This document shows positions 51,401 through 60,904 of a DNA stretch of 62,083 nucleotides, in pieces; position 1 is the stretch's first letter, and every line of letters begins with the position of its first letter. The stretch comes from Promethearchaeota archaeon (GTDB taxonomy: Archaea > Asgardarchaeota > Lokiarchaeia > Sigyniarchaeales > SOKP01), in assembly GCA_016839585.1 (NCBI GenBank), contig JAEOTZ010000074.1, positions 1 to 62,083 of the forward strand. Reading direction: 5' to 3'. A program made the position numbers and the translations under genes. The notes beneath the pieces are model-generated. The model saw only the letters and a program-made list of their open reading frames with translations, was not told the origin of the DNA and searched no databases.

Positions 51401-52883
51401 ATTTTGAATTTAGTTGGTTTTTTTCTTCTTGAATGGCATTAATGTTAGTTTCTAACTCTTTTTGTTTTTGATTTTCTTCATTGTTTTTAGTTTTTAAATC
51501 TTCAATCCTCTTTCTAATTTGTTTTTCAGTCTTTTTTGCCTCATCAATAGCTTCATCTATACTTTCAGCTTCTTGTTTCAATTTATTCAATTCAGTTTCT
51601 AATTTAATTTTCTTTTCTTCATTCTTTTTTATACTTTCTCTAAGAAGCTTTATCTGGGTGTTATTTGATGAGATGTTTTGTTGTACTTTTGAAATTTCCG
51701 CTTTAAATTGTGATTTTTCATCCTCATTATTTTTAATTTTTATATCAAATTCAGATTGATTTTGTTGTCTTCTTTCAATTTCCTTTTTAGCTGCTTCGAG
51801 GTGATTTTCACACTCAGAAATTTGACCAGATACATCTTGAATTAAAGAATCATAAGTTTGTCCTTCCTCAAGTACCATTAGTAAATTCTCTAAATTTTTT
51901 ATTTCTTGTGTCAATTTATCTATTGATTTTCTAGCTAAATCTAAAGTAGTTTGACTTGAAGATAATTGTGTCTTTAAATTTGTTATGTTTTCGTTTACTT
52001 CTTCTCTTTCCTTTTCTCTATCAGTAATCGTTTTCTGAATGTTCTCCATAACTAATGATTCTTGTTTCAGGATATCTTCTTGTCGAGAGATCTTTTCTTT
52101 AAGTTCTTCAATAATTTTTGAAGATTCTTCGACCTTTTTTTCTAATTCATCTTCTTCTTCTCGTAATTTTGAAATTTTTAAAGCAATTAATTTTGAATTT
52201 AAGAAATTTATTTGTTGATCTAATTCTTTCCAAGCTAATGCATCATTTTTTTCTTTTTCAACTTTTTTAAGCTGAGCAGAAACTTCTTTGAAAATTGCTT
52301 CAAACTGTCCTAAATCTCTTTCTGCTTTTTCTAACTCTTTTAAAGTGGAATCTTTCATTTCGTCATATTTCTGAAGCCCAATTAATTCTTCAATGAATGA
52401 TCTTCTCTCCTCTGCATTCATATGAGTTAATTCAACAATTTTACCTTGAAGTACGAATTGGTTACTACCATCTGGATCTACATTAGCTGCTGCTAAAGCA
52501 TTGAGAATCTGTTGGCGAGTAGATTTTTGACCATTCATTTTATAACCCCCACCACCACCTTTTTTAATAGTTCGTGTTATTTCGAATGTATCGGTACTCC
52601 CGGGAAAAACATTTTCTGAATTATCAAAATACATTGTCACAGAAGCTCTTGTCGAGGGATTTTTTCCTTTAGCACCAGCAAAAATAAGGTCTTCCAAACT
52701 TTTTGCTCTCATAGTCTTCTTACTTAGTCTGCCTAAAGCAAAACATAATGCATCTATAATATTAGATTTCCCAGCACCATTTGGTCCAACAATACATGTG
52801 AAACCACTTGAAAATTTGATTGTTACTGTTCGTTCTCCAAATGATTTGAAACCAGTCATAGAGATTTTTTTAATATATGTCAA
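48435..52883 (-). CDS. smc: Chromosome segregation protein SMC
   Basis: GFKSF, GPNGAGKSN, VLQG Q-loop, LSGGEK signature, MDEIDAALD, ISH; long coiled coils; TTG start. Confidence 0.97.
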   Translation of the reverse strand: MTYIKKISMTGFKSFGERTVTIKFSSGFTCIVGPNGAGKSNIIDALCFALGRLSKKTMRAKSLEDLIFAGAKGKNPSTRASVTMYFDNSENVFPGSTDTFEITRTIKKGGGGGYKMNGQKSTRQQILNALAAANVDPDGSNQFVLQGKIVELTHMNAEERRSFIEELIGLQKYDEMKDSTLKELEKAERDLGQFEAIFKEVSAQLKKVEKEKNDALAWKELDQQINFLNSKLIALKISKLREEEDELEKKVEESSKIIEELKEKISRQEDILKQESLVMENIQKTITDREKEREEVNENITNLKTQLSSSQTTLDLARKSIDKLTQEIKNLENLLMVLEEGQTYDSLIQDVSGQISECENHLEAAKKEIERRQQNQSEFDIKIKNNEDEKSQFKAEISKVQQNISSNNTQIKLLRESIKKNEEKKIKLETELNKLKQEAESIDEAIDEAKKTEKQIRKRIEDLKTKNNEENQKQKELETNINAIQEEKNQLNSKLVLLQSTLSSLNTEISMNRNTIQDLNDKKASFENKIRDLSKGKDTEEVVKGLLKENENINKQLSELKTALKKENSVFRSNEQNLELLKMKQYSFDSEIHDNNAKIDNINTELKIFKKELTKLEREKGNSEVQINSLNSNLSKIEKDTENFNSKSQNIQRRLEELTKERDSLLEKIESSEEEYEKNTRDITGILQILNMLTQNINISVESIKSNIQLSNAEAIETSAEDFKKFILDIVDIMKSVEGISEDTEQSSEMSYTLNSILRTLKLFTDNADSTIDQLINRVKESADVEVQESTSTFDSFVQDLMEILENVYISLRKLTLSKSQDLYKQLEDISENIKSQGDDLNSAEKKLSELSLLKKHNSETSSTLTRRLEEINGRNKELNEKFKNSELEIEERKKLVNEKQKETEKLEIEINKLKELKDTYWENISKIQDDIDKKQKELEDLRENLQELHGIQNLFENITEIDSDIGKLNIIIEEKKNSIINTEESINQIHTEQNTLQNKIEALILEKEKFWEKTESLRKQIDKENESLEDTMDRLRALENVMRIINSIEDIKKENIDANNKIELCLNNIENFNSQVDEIQKNVDQKQQTIDSLRNEKTKEVELQKAAQKELNKLNKDLQKYQRQINELNKNKEREQKISELNQDIKDTEKQIESILEELEKFKQQLNSENGKKDVKQKEIDEFNLKKDESWRKQKQYQKILNDLKSDLSMENAKINNYEAKKIICTDQIETLFQRSKEYGALPPVTEDLTEAELQSDIGDVTTKKKALEPVNLKAIEQYDAVKERFDEIDMRRQTIQRERKAILDAIDKIELEKTRTFMKAYHEINREFSRIFQKLSPGGSAKMILDRPDKPFEGGISIEARPRGKKISSLEILSGGEKTLVALSFIFAVQEFYPAPFYIMDEIDAALDGPNVHRVSMQIREFSKQAQFLVISHREENIVNADRIYGVSMQQSGITDIFSVDLEEEAKRLLELEEEESTVI

Positions 52884-53071
52884 AATAGATCTCCAATTCT
52901 TCGTTTATTATTAAAAAGATAGAGTAATTCCATCTTTATATATATATTAGACATTATAAAAAAAAAATCTGATTGATACTTTCAATTTATCTTACTAGTT
53001 ATTTATTAAAGATTTTTTCGAAAAAGTTAAGTACACAAAGGTATTATTTTTTTTAGAAGAATAAGTTAATT

Positions 53072-54319
53072 TTACTCATTAAATATCGCATCTACTATAG
53101 CTTTTAGGTGTTTGGGGTTTAGTACCATGAAGAAAGAATCGTAATTTGAAGTATTATTTAATAAATACGGTTTCTTTTTGATTTGATTTCTTTTTGAACC
53201 ACTTAAAATCCCAAAACTTAGCAATCTTTTAATTAATTCGTTGAACTCATTCAAACTTTTTTTATATTCTAAAGATTCACAAGAAATATCATATAATTCC
53301 TTTAATTCATTCAAAGGGATATAATATTTCAACTTTCTCAAGAAATAGTTTGATAAATTGTCAAAAAATATTATTGTTAAAAAATCTTCTTCAGAAACAT
53401 AATTTAGAATGCTAAATTCATCAGAGATCTGAATTGAATCGAATTCTTTTTGGCATATATCTATTATTTCAAAATTTTTGAGATTTTTCTTATCTATTAA
53501 TAACGGGTATATCTCTCTAAGTATTTGAATGCCTTTTCCTGGTACAGGTACATAATGTTCACAAATTAGATCTGTTATATATCTAATTAATTCCTTATCT
53601 ATTTCATGAGTAAATGTCAGGGATACTCGTTGCTTAAGAATAGAGTATAATTCATTATAGCTAAAAAATTCTAATCTTTTTTTTAGATCAAATTCGCTTA
53701 ATAAATCTAAAGTAGAAGGTTTTAAAATTTTATTTACAGTAGAAATCAATGTTATATTTGTTTCTTTTCCAAAATGCAGAAATTTCTTATAGATTTCTGG
53801 CTGCAAACATTCAATATTATAAAATAAAAAGAAAAGATTACAATTTATTTTTTTACATGCTAATTTAATCATATTCCATAAATGAGAAATCTTTGATGTT
53901 AAAATTGAATTAAAATTGAAGTTAAAATTTAAAAAATGATTTAATTCGGTTAATATTGAAAACATTAAATCCTCAAGAGTTTTTTCTTTACAGTCAATAC
54001 AGATTTTATGAATATTAGTTAATTCCTTATTTTTAATTAATAGATCTTTCAAGACTTTATTAACAATGACTTTTTTACCGATTCCTTGAACTCCTTGATA
54101 CAATATATTAAGATAAAATTTATCTGAAATTGAATCATTTAAAATGGAATATAATGATTTTTCTTCTTTTTCTCTATATAATAATTGAGGGGGTACATAA
54201 TTTAGATCAAAAATAGCTTTTGGTCCAACATATTCATTAATATTGTTTGAGTCAACAATCATTTTTGTTATTGAGTTGAATTTTAGCTTTATATCTATGA
54301 CTATATATTTAAACCCCAC
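53072..54319 (-). CDS. Divergent Cdc6/Orc1-like AAA+ protein (start may be the ATG near 54262)
   Basis: FDLNYVPPQLLYRE, GVQGIGKK, FFSYNELYSILKQR, C-terminal winged helix; Walker motifs degenerate. Confidence 0.75.
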   Translation of the reverse strand: MGFKYIVIDIKLKFNSITKMIVDSNNINEYVGPKAIFDLNYVPPQLLYREKEEKSLYSILNDSISDKFYLNILYQGVQGIGKKVIVNKVLKDLLIKNKELTNIHKICIDCKEKTLEDLMFSILTELNHFLNFNFNFNSILTSKISHLWNMIKLACKKINCNLFFLFYNIECLQPEIYKKFLHFGKETNITLISTVNKILKPSTLDLLSEFDLKKRLEFFSYNELYSILKQRVSLTFTHEIDKELIRYITDLICEHYVPVPGKGIQILREIYPLLIDKKNLKNFEIIDICQKEFDSIQISDEFSILNYVSEEDFLTIIFFDNLSNYFLRKLKYYIPLNELKELYDISCESLEYKKSLNEFNELIKRLLSFGILSGSKRNQIKKKPYLLNNTSNYDSFFMVLNPKHLKAIVDAIFNE

Positions 54320-54398
54320 CCACAGAGTGTGGTGATTAAAAGTAAAATTAAAAATTTAATGAGAGAAAAGAAGAGAGTTGTTATGTAGCGAGTTGGTT

Positions 54399-55355
54399 TT
54401 ATTCAAAACTTTCTAATAAATTCTTTAGATTTGTAGCTAATATTGGTAGATATTCATAGGACTTGTTTTGAATTTTTTTATTTAAACAAAGTGCTATAAG
54501 ATATAATCTATCATTGTTTATTTCTAATTTTCTTAAAAAAATTATACCTTCTCTAGATTGCGCGTCTCTAGATTGCTCTAAGCTATTTTGAGGAAATTCG
54601 ATATTCGTTATTATATCTTTCGTATCAATATCCCATTCTTCTAATTTTTCCAATGCATTTGTTAATCTGGGAGCAATGGCTTCACAAATTTCCTGATAAG
54701 CTTCATTGGTAGCTCTACTTGCGATTATGAAGCAGTTTTGATCCAGAAGAAGAGTAGAACTGGTGTATGTTTTACTCATATAATCTCTTAACAAAGATTG
54801 AAGTAATTTTGATTTCTCAGTAGCAGAGAATACTCCATCTGAAAATGCTTTTAATAAGCTAGAATCATCATAAATAGAAGTCCTATAAAAAGAGTATTTT
54901 AGATTTTTAATTATCGATTTTATTTTATTTTCTAAAAGGAGTATATTATCTTTCATTTCCTTTTTATTTTTGATGTCAGGGTCATATTTATGGAATAGGA
55001 TTAATAATTGAAAGTTATCGGGATGATTATCTATAACAATATTTATAATATCTTTAAGATAAATTAGTGCCTCATCAAATTTATCTTGGTTTTGTATATC
55101 AATTACATAAAAAATTGATTGCATTTCAGTAAAATATTTACTTTTATTGTCTAAATATATCTTTCTATAACGCTTTTGACCACCTAAATCCCAGCGTGTA
55201 GTAGAGATGCCTAAAAGCTTGTTAGTATGTGATGTTCTTTTTGCTTTGATAGTAGGGGCAATTGATGTTAGTAAACTGAACTTTTTATCTAATACTAATA
55301 AAATTGAGGTTTTTCCCGCATCTTCAAGGCCACACAACAAAATCTTCATATCCAA
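54399..55355 (-). CDS. Rag/Arf-like small GTPase with C-terminal roadblock-like domain
   Basis: GLEDAGKT, APT, WDLGGQ, HKYD (Rag-type G4), TSIYD; C-terminal LLLDQNCFIIAS. Confidence 0.85.
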   Translation of the reverse strand: MDMKILLCGLEDAGKTSILLVLDKKFSLLTSIAPTIKAKRTSHTNKLLGISTTRWDLGGQKRYRKIYLDNKSKYFTEMQSIFYVIDIQNQDKFDEALIYLKDIINIVIDNHPDNFQLLILFHKYDPDIKNKKEMKDNILLLENKIKSIIKNLKYSFYRTSIYDDSSLLKAFSDGVFSATEKSKLLQSLLRDYMSKTYTSSTLLLDQNCFIIASRATNEAYQEICEAIAPRLTNALEKLEEWDIDTKDIITNIEFPQNSLEQSRDAQSREGIIFLRKLEINNDRLYLIALCLNKKIQNKSYEYLPILATNLKNLLESFE

Positions 55356-55450
55356 AAAAAACCACTCTCCTATCTAGTTAAAACATCAAAACAATGTTAT
55401 ATAAGAACGCAATATTAATAATTTTTAGAATTGTGTATAAAATAAGCAAC

Positions 55451-56272
55451 TCAGCTATTTACATTTTTCACTTTAATTTTATTTTTTTTAATTTTTTCCT
55501 TAAATCGAATTTTCCTTAATTTTTCTGGAAAATCTAAATCGATATCGTCAAAAATATAACCATTTAGATTGGAAGGACCTTCAACTATTTTAAGTTTCGA
55601 TGGTGAAACATTTCCCTTAACAAAAGAAATTATTTTGCTTTTCCCAATAAATTTCCTTCTGAAAAAAGTTCCAAAAGTATTACAAGCTGCAATAGGAATT
55701 CTATTTTCAAGAGAGCGCGCTTTTAAATAAGTATCCCAATTATCCATTCCTTCCAGTCTTATTTGAGTGGGAGAAAGTAAAAGATCAGCACCATTCTCAG
55801 CAGCTAATCTAGGTGTTTCAAAAAAAGCCATATCAAAACAAATAAGGATTGCAAAATGATACAAATTTTTAATTTTAAATAATTTTAAAACCTTTCCTGG
55901 TTCAAATTGTCCTCGTTCATAAGAATAGAGATGAATTTTATCTTGGCGACCTACTTCTTCACCTCTTTCATTAAAAAAATAGCATGTAATATATGGTTTT
56001 TTTAAATTATCACGTTTCTCCCATATTCCTCCTGATATAATGTTTATATGATATTCATTAGCTAAATTTTTAATAAATGAATAATCATCTCCTCTTTCTT
56101 TTTGGAAATTTTTAGCAGAATTTGAATAAACAGGTACCCATCTTTCAGGTAGACATATAATGTCACAATTATTAGTTTCGTCTAACAAACTTTTTATTAA
56201 TTCTTCTACTTCAAAATAACAGTTCTTTCTACTTTGAAATATTTTGGGTTGAATACAAGCAACTTTAATCAT
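55451..56272 (-). CDS. Carbon-nitrogen hydrolase (nitrilase family)
   Basis: E-K-C triad: CLPE, DKIHL, ICFD. Confidence 0.92.
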   Translation of the reverse strand: MIKVACIQPKIFQSRKNCYFEVEELIKSLLDETNNCDIICLPERWVPVYSNSAKNFQKERGDDYSFIKNLANEYHINIISGGIWEKRDNLKKPYITCYFFNERGEEVGRQDKIHLYSYERGQFEPGKVLKLFKIKNLYHFAILICFDMAFFETPRLAAENGADLLLSPTQIRLEGMDNWDTYLKARSLENRIPIAACNTFGTFFRRKFIGKSKIISFVKGNVSPSKLKIVEGPSNLNGYIFDDIDLDFPEKLRKIRFKEKIKKNKIKVKNVNS

Positions 56273-56289
56273 ATTTTTCTTTCAATTTT

Positions 56290-57033
56290 TCATTTGTTAT
56301 TTATTTCAATTATTAAATCAAAAATTTCATTCAAATTTGATATTTCATAATTAGGTATTAATTCATTAGAAATTTTACTCCCTTTTTCGTATGTATCATA
56401 TTTACCTCCCCGATGAATATAAATAGTATAAATACCATTTAAACGAGCCGGAACAATATCTCTATCTATTCGATCTCCTATATAAATAGTTTCTAAGCCT
56501 TTTACACCAAATTTCTTTAAGCAGTAATCAAACAATTTTGGATTTGGTTTCTTAATTCCGATTTCATCTGATATAACTACTAAGTCTATTAATTTATCAA
56601 TCTTAAGCCTTAATATTTTCTCGTATTGTTTAATGGGGATACCATCACTTATTATAGCAGTTTTAATTCCCATACTTCTTAATTTTTCCAAACAAGGTTT
56701 TACATCGTCATATAATTTTATGGAATCAATTTTTTCTTGATGATAAGCTATTACAGCAGCAGCAATATATTTATACTTATCATTACTGGATATTTTATAA
56801 TTTTCAAATTCATTTAATCGTCGAATAAAGTAATTGTAATGTTTAGAAAAATTAGATCCATATTCTTTTACAATATCTTGGATTTTTTTAATAGCCTCCG
56901 TTCTATCAATTTTTAGACCTAAATCTATCATTGTATCAATTCCTTTTATTCTAGCTCTTTCAGAAAGGGCAGTTGAATCAAACAGGCAATCATCTAAGTC
57001 AAATCCAACTAATTTAATTTTATTATTGATCAT
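56290..57033 (-). CDS. HAD-superfamily hydrolase
   Basis: FDLDDCL, KPNP, IGDRIDRDI motifs. Confidence 0.92.
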   Translation of the reverse strand: MINNKIKLVGFDLDDCLFDSTALSERARIKGIDTMIDLGLKIDRTEAIKKIQDIVKEYGSNFSKHYNYFIRRLNEFENYKISSNDKYKYIAAAVIAYHQEKIDSIKLYDDVKPCLEKLRSMGIKTAIISDGIPIKQYEKILRLKIDKLIDLVVISDEIGIKKPNPKLFDYCLKKFGVKGLETIYIGDRIDRDIVPARLNGIYTIYIHRGGKYDTYEKGSKISNELIPNYEISNLNEIFDLIIEINNK

Positions 57034-57233
57034 AATATTAAGTAGAAATTTCCTTTATGTTTTAGAAAATCAATATAATAAATTGATTCTATTTATTACT
57101 AAACTATTGTTAATAGATGTTTAAATAAGATAAATTTATTTATCTTTAAGAATATATAATCTTTAATATTTAATTTATTTTGAGTTATTACACCTTAAAA
57201 TAACTGTATTGTTTGTAAAAAGAAAAAACATCC

Positions 57234-58358
57234 GTGGAGATTCATTATTTGAAAACAACCGTCACGCTTTCTTATTTCCATAGGAAGATTGGACCCTTAA
57301 TATTCTATTCATATCCCAAAGATACGTTAGAGAAGGAATTAGAAGTCAAAATAGCTAATATTATGGACCAGCAATTTAATGAAGGCTTTTTTACACACTC
57401 TTTTGAAAATTTAAAATCATTGAATTATTATTTTGAAATTCATTCTGATTGGGCTCGTGGTAATAAGGAGATGTTAATGTTTTCAATAATACTTGATCAA
57501 CAAATTGCGCCTTCGATTGAAGAAATTATAGCAAATTTGTGTACAGAATTTTCTGAAAGTTTACAATCAAATGAGGAGATTTTTACAGGTTTTTATATAA
57601 ATGAGAAAGACTATCATGAAGAAGATGTTGAAAAGATAACGAAAAATAATTCTTTAATAAAAGCATGGGTAAAGAACTTATATTGGGCAATAATGGAGGA
57701 AACACGAGAAAAAACTGAAGAACAGAAAATAGCAATTCTAATAAATAATCAACATATATTTAAAACCTTAGAAAAACTCTCAAAAGGTCCTGTAGAACTG
57801 GAAGAACTAAGAGAATGGTTTATTGAAAATTTTCCTGATAAGGAATTCGAAGAAATAATCAATACATTGGTTGAGAAGCAAATTCTTATTATAAATCAAA
57901 TTGGTTTAGTAGAAAAGTATGTACTTCTCTTAAAAGAAGTAAATGCTGAGAGAATTCCACCTGATAGCGTAATAGAATATATTGATGACAAACCAGAGTT
58001 AATAGATTTGCTACTTCCAAAAGTTCAGGATTTTTTTAGTGAATATGAAAAAAAGAAAGAAGGAGAGCTAAAAAAAGATTCCTACATCTTATTTCAAATA
58101 ATGGCAGATTCTAAAAAGTATAATATTCTTTCTGAATTGCGCAATAGTTTAATTTCAAGAGATAAATTACCTAAAAAATCTTTAGATTCTCTAATGGAAA
58201 ACATAGAATATTTAAAGGAATATGATGTCATCGAAGAGTTAAATTATAATAATGAACGGTATGTTGTTTTAAAAACAAATCTACGTATAACTACTGCCTT
58301 TCCAGAATGGATGAGAAAATTATTACCAAAAGAATCCAAAAAAGATAATTCTAAATAA
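57234..58358 (+). CDS. Longin/uDENN-domain protein (FLCN/NPRL2-like) with C-terminal winged-helix-like repeats
   Basis: LSYFHRKIGPLIFYSYP; YFEIHSDWARG motif; start may be the TTG at about 57249. Confidence 0.7.
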   Translation: MEIHYLKTTVTLSYFHRKIGPLIFYSYPKDTLEKELEVKIANIMDQQFNEGFFTHSFENLKSLNYYFEIHSDWARGNKEMLMFSIILDQQIAPSIEEIIANLCTEFSESLQSNEEIFTGFYINEKDYHEEDVEKITKNNSLIKAWVKNLYWAIMEETREKTEEQKIAILINNQHIFKTLEKLSKGPVELEELREWFIENFPDKEFEEIINTLVEKQILIINQIGLVEKYVLLLKEVNAERIPPDSVIEYIDDKPELIDLLLPKVQDFFSEYEKKKEGELKKDSYILFQIMADSKKYNILSELRNSLISRDKLPKKSLDSLMENIEYLKEYDVIEELNYNNERYVVLKTNLRITTAFPEWMRKLLPKESKKDNSK

Positions 58359-58379
58359 GCTTTCAATTCAGGATGAAGA

Positions 58380-58634
58380 ATGTCTAATGAAGTAGAATCA
58401 TATGATGACCTGAAATATCTCTTAGGATATATGGGGATTGAGATATTACTCGCCATTGATAAAGGAGCAAAGATCTATGAAACAATTAAATTGTTTTCTG
58501 GTTTGCCAATTTCATGTATTAAAGGGAGAGTACCAGTTTTACGTGATTTAAAATTGATTAAGAAGATTAATGGAGAACACTTTTTAACGGAAAAAGGAAT
58601 TAAGTTCAGGAGAGAGATAGAGAAGGATTTTTAA
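58380..58634 (+). CDS. Small winged-helix protein
   Basis: LxxLKLI...FLTEKG winged-helix wing motif. Confidence 0.7.
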   Translation: MSNEVESYDDLKYLLGYMGIEILLAIDKGAKIYETIKLFSGLPISCIKGRVPVLRDLKLIKKINGEHFLTEKGIKFRREIEKDF

Positions 58635-58652
58635 AAGAATTCACAAAACAAT

Positions 58653-58735
58653 AGAGAAAAAATCAGATTGGGGCGACAAGAATCATCACTATGAGAAATA
58701 GTTCTATTTGTCATGAGATCATCATTTTTCTTCTC
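58653..58735 (-). ncRNA. Candidate C/D box sRNA (guide for the 23S rRNA Gm2251 equivalent)
   Basis: Box C ATGATGA (58725-58719), C' GTGATGA (58689-58683), D CTGA (58666-58663); A/U-rich terminal stem; guide TGTCGCCCCAAT is complementary to the P-loop UGGGGCGGCA. Confidence 0.6.
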
Positions 58736-58780
58736 ATAATATGATATTAATGTTATAATTCTAATAGTTCTAAACCTAAT

Positions 58781-59293
58781 TTATTTTTTTTTAGTTTTGT
58801 TTCTCCCTGTATTTCTTTCTTTTTCACTATTTCTCTGTTGGGTAAAATTTCTAAATTTTCTTTCATAATACCCAGATTCTTTGAAGCCTCCATGCTCCTC
58901 GATTAACTTTTTTAAACCCTCTTTTTTTAATATTTGGCTTTTAAATAATTTATATTCTTCTTTAGATATTTCTTTTCTTCTTAATAGATAATCTAAGATC
59001 TCAATAGCCTCATCATCATTAGTACATCTTCTTATAAAATCAATGGTTTTTGGGTTATATAATTCTTCTGGATAATAGTTATTTGAATTTTGGACTATTT
59101 CTTCAAATTCTTGTTCAATCTTGAAGTTTACTGAATCAATTTTTAGCAACTTTTTACTTTTAGAGACTTCTGACATTAAATGTGGAAGATATTCATCTAA
59201 TTCAATTTTATCATATGATATTTTAAATCCATTTTTATCCTTTATTCTTGCTTTTTTAAATGGTTTCTTTTTTTTTATTTCTTTATCTGACAA
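58781..59293 (-). CDS. DUF2095-like archaeal protein
   Basis: YNPKTIDFIRRC..DEAIEILDYL..RKEIS...GYY. Confidence 0.75.
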   Translation of the reverse strand: MSDKEIKKKKPFKKARIKDKNGFKISYDKIELDEYLPHLMSEVSKSKKLLKIDSVNFKIEQEFEEIVQNSNNYYPEELYNPKTIDFIRRCTNDDEAIEILDYLLRRKEISKEEYKLFKSQILKKEGLKKLIEEHGGFKESGYYERKFRNFTQQRNSEKERNTGRNKTKKK

Positions 59294-59490
59294 TTAGCTT
59301 CCACTTATATATAAATTTTCGAATATATATGTTTAAAATAATTTATTTAAAGTATTAAATTTATTTTTAGCAGGATTAAACAAAAAGGCTAATCACTGAT
59401 AGAGTATTTTTTAAAAAATTATAGAAATGATAAAGTTAATTAATTTTTATAAATTTTAAAAGTTAAAATATACCAAGAGTGGTTTGAACG

Positions 59491-60075
59491 TTGAAGTCTG
59501 GATACAACTATGTAAAAGAGACTTTTGAGGAACATGAAAAAGGATATAAAACACCATACTGGAATCGTGGAATTGAATATCGAAAGGGTAAATCAATTCA
59601 AAGAGTCGAAAAACCTACTAAAATTCATCGCGCAAGAACATTAGGTTATAAAGCAAAACAAGGATATGTGGTTGTTCGAGCCAGAATACGAAAAGGAAGT
59701 ATGCATAAAACACGTCCAAAGCGAGGAAGAAAACCGAGAGCGATGGGTGTTTCAAAGTATACTACTGGTAAAAATTTGCAATGGATTGCTGAAGAACGTG
59801 TACAACGTAAATACCCGAATATGGAAGTTTTAAATAGTTACAAAGTTTATTCTGATGGAGGACACTGGTATTATGAAGTGATTTTAGTAGATCCCCACCA
59901 TCCTGTAATCAAATCAGATCCAAAAATAAATTGGATTTGTACTTCCGCTCATAAAAAAAGAGTGACACGAGGTTTAACTTCTTCAGGAAAAAGAGCTAGA
60001 GGGTTACATAAAAAAGGATGGGGTTCTGAAAAAACACGGCCTAGTATTAGAGCAAATAAAGGTCGTGGTAAATAA
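59491..60075 (+). CDS. rpl15e: 50S ribosomal protein L15e
   Basis: RARTLGYKAKQG, IAEERV, EVLNSY, EVILVDP, RGLTSSG. Confidence 0.97.
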   Translation: MKSGYNYVKETFEEHEKGYKTPYWNRGIEYRKGKSIQRVEKPTKIHRARTLGYKAKQGYVVVRARIRKGSMHKTRPKRGRKPRAMGVSKYTTGKNLQWIAEERVQRKYPNMEVLNSYKVYSDGGHWYYEVILVDPHHPVIKSDPKINWICTSAHKKRVTRGLTSSGKRARGLHKKGWGSEKTRPSIRANKGRGK

Positions 60076-60097
60076 CTAGATTATATAGTTCTGTTTT

Positions 60098-60901
60098 CTA
60101 CAATGAATTTACTGAAATAGTCATCCCACCATCTAAAATGATATTATGGCCAGTTATATAATCTGAAGCAGGTGAAGCTAAAAATAAAGCGACATCAGCA
60201 ACTTGTTTTGATTCTCCGATTCTGTCTATTGGAAGTTTAACATTTCTTCTTCTCATAAATTCTCGTATAAATTCAGGATTATTCTTGTACATAGGTGTTA
60301 AAAATAAACCTGGACAAATTGCATTCACTGCAATATTACTTGATCCAAGTTCAAGAGCCCAAAGCTTTGTGAAGGCAATTAGAGCTGCCTTACTTACACT
60401 ATATATCCCAATATATGGATTAACGCCGCATTCTGTACCTGCACACGAGGCTATATTAATAATTTTTCCTGCTATAGGTTTGAAATCTTGCTTACTCATT
60501 TTTCTATAAAATGCTTTTGTAACATTCCAAGCACCTTTAACATTTACATCCATGACTTTATTATAAACTTCTTCTTTTGTAACAAGTGAAAATGTACCCT
60601 CTCTAACGCCTGCATTATTAACTAATAAAAACAAATTATCAAACTTTTCAAAAACTTTTTTTCTCATTTCTTTAACTTGATTAAAATCAGAGATATCTGT
60701 TTTAGCTAGTAACATTTCCACATTATAGGTTTTTAAGATGATTTCTCGTGTTTCTTCAATACTTTCAAGGTTTATATCATTTAATACTAAATTGGCACCT
60801 TTACTTGCAAATGCTATTGCCATTTCCCGACCAAATCCACTACCAGCCCCAGTAACCAGAGCTACTCTTCCTTCTAAAAATTTTTCACTCATAATACTCA
60901 C
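60098..60901 (-). CDS. Short-chain dehydrogenase/reductase
   Basis: TGAGSGFG, NNAG, YSVSK motifs. Confidence 0.93.
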   Translation of the reverse strand: MSIMSEKFLEGRVALVTGAGSGFGREMAIAFASKGANLVLNDINLESIEETREIILKTYNVEMLLAKTDISDFNQVKEMRKKVFEKFDNLFLLVNNAGVREGTFSLVTKEEVYNKVMDVNVKGAWNVTKAFYRKMSKQDFKPIAGKIINIASCAGTECGVNPYIGIYSVSKAALIAFTKLWALELGSSNIAVNAICPGLFLTPMYKNNPEFIREFMRRRNVKLPIDRIGESKQVADVALFLASPASDYITGHNIILDGGMTISVNSL

Positions 60902-60904
60902 ACC

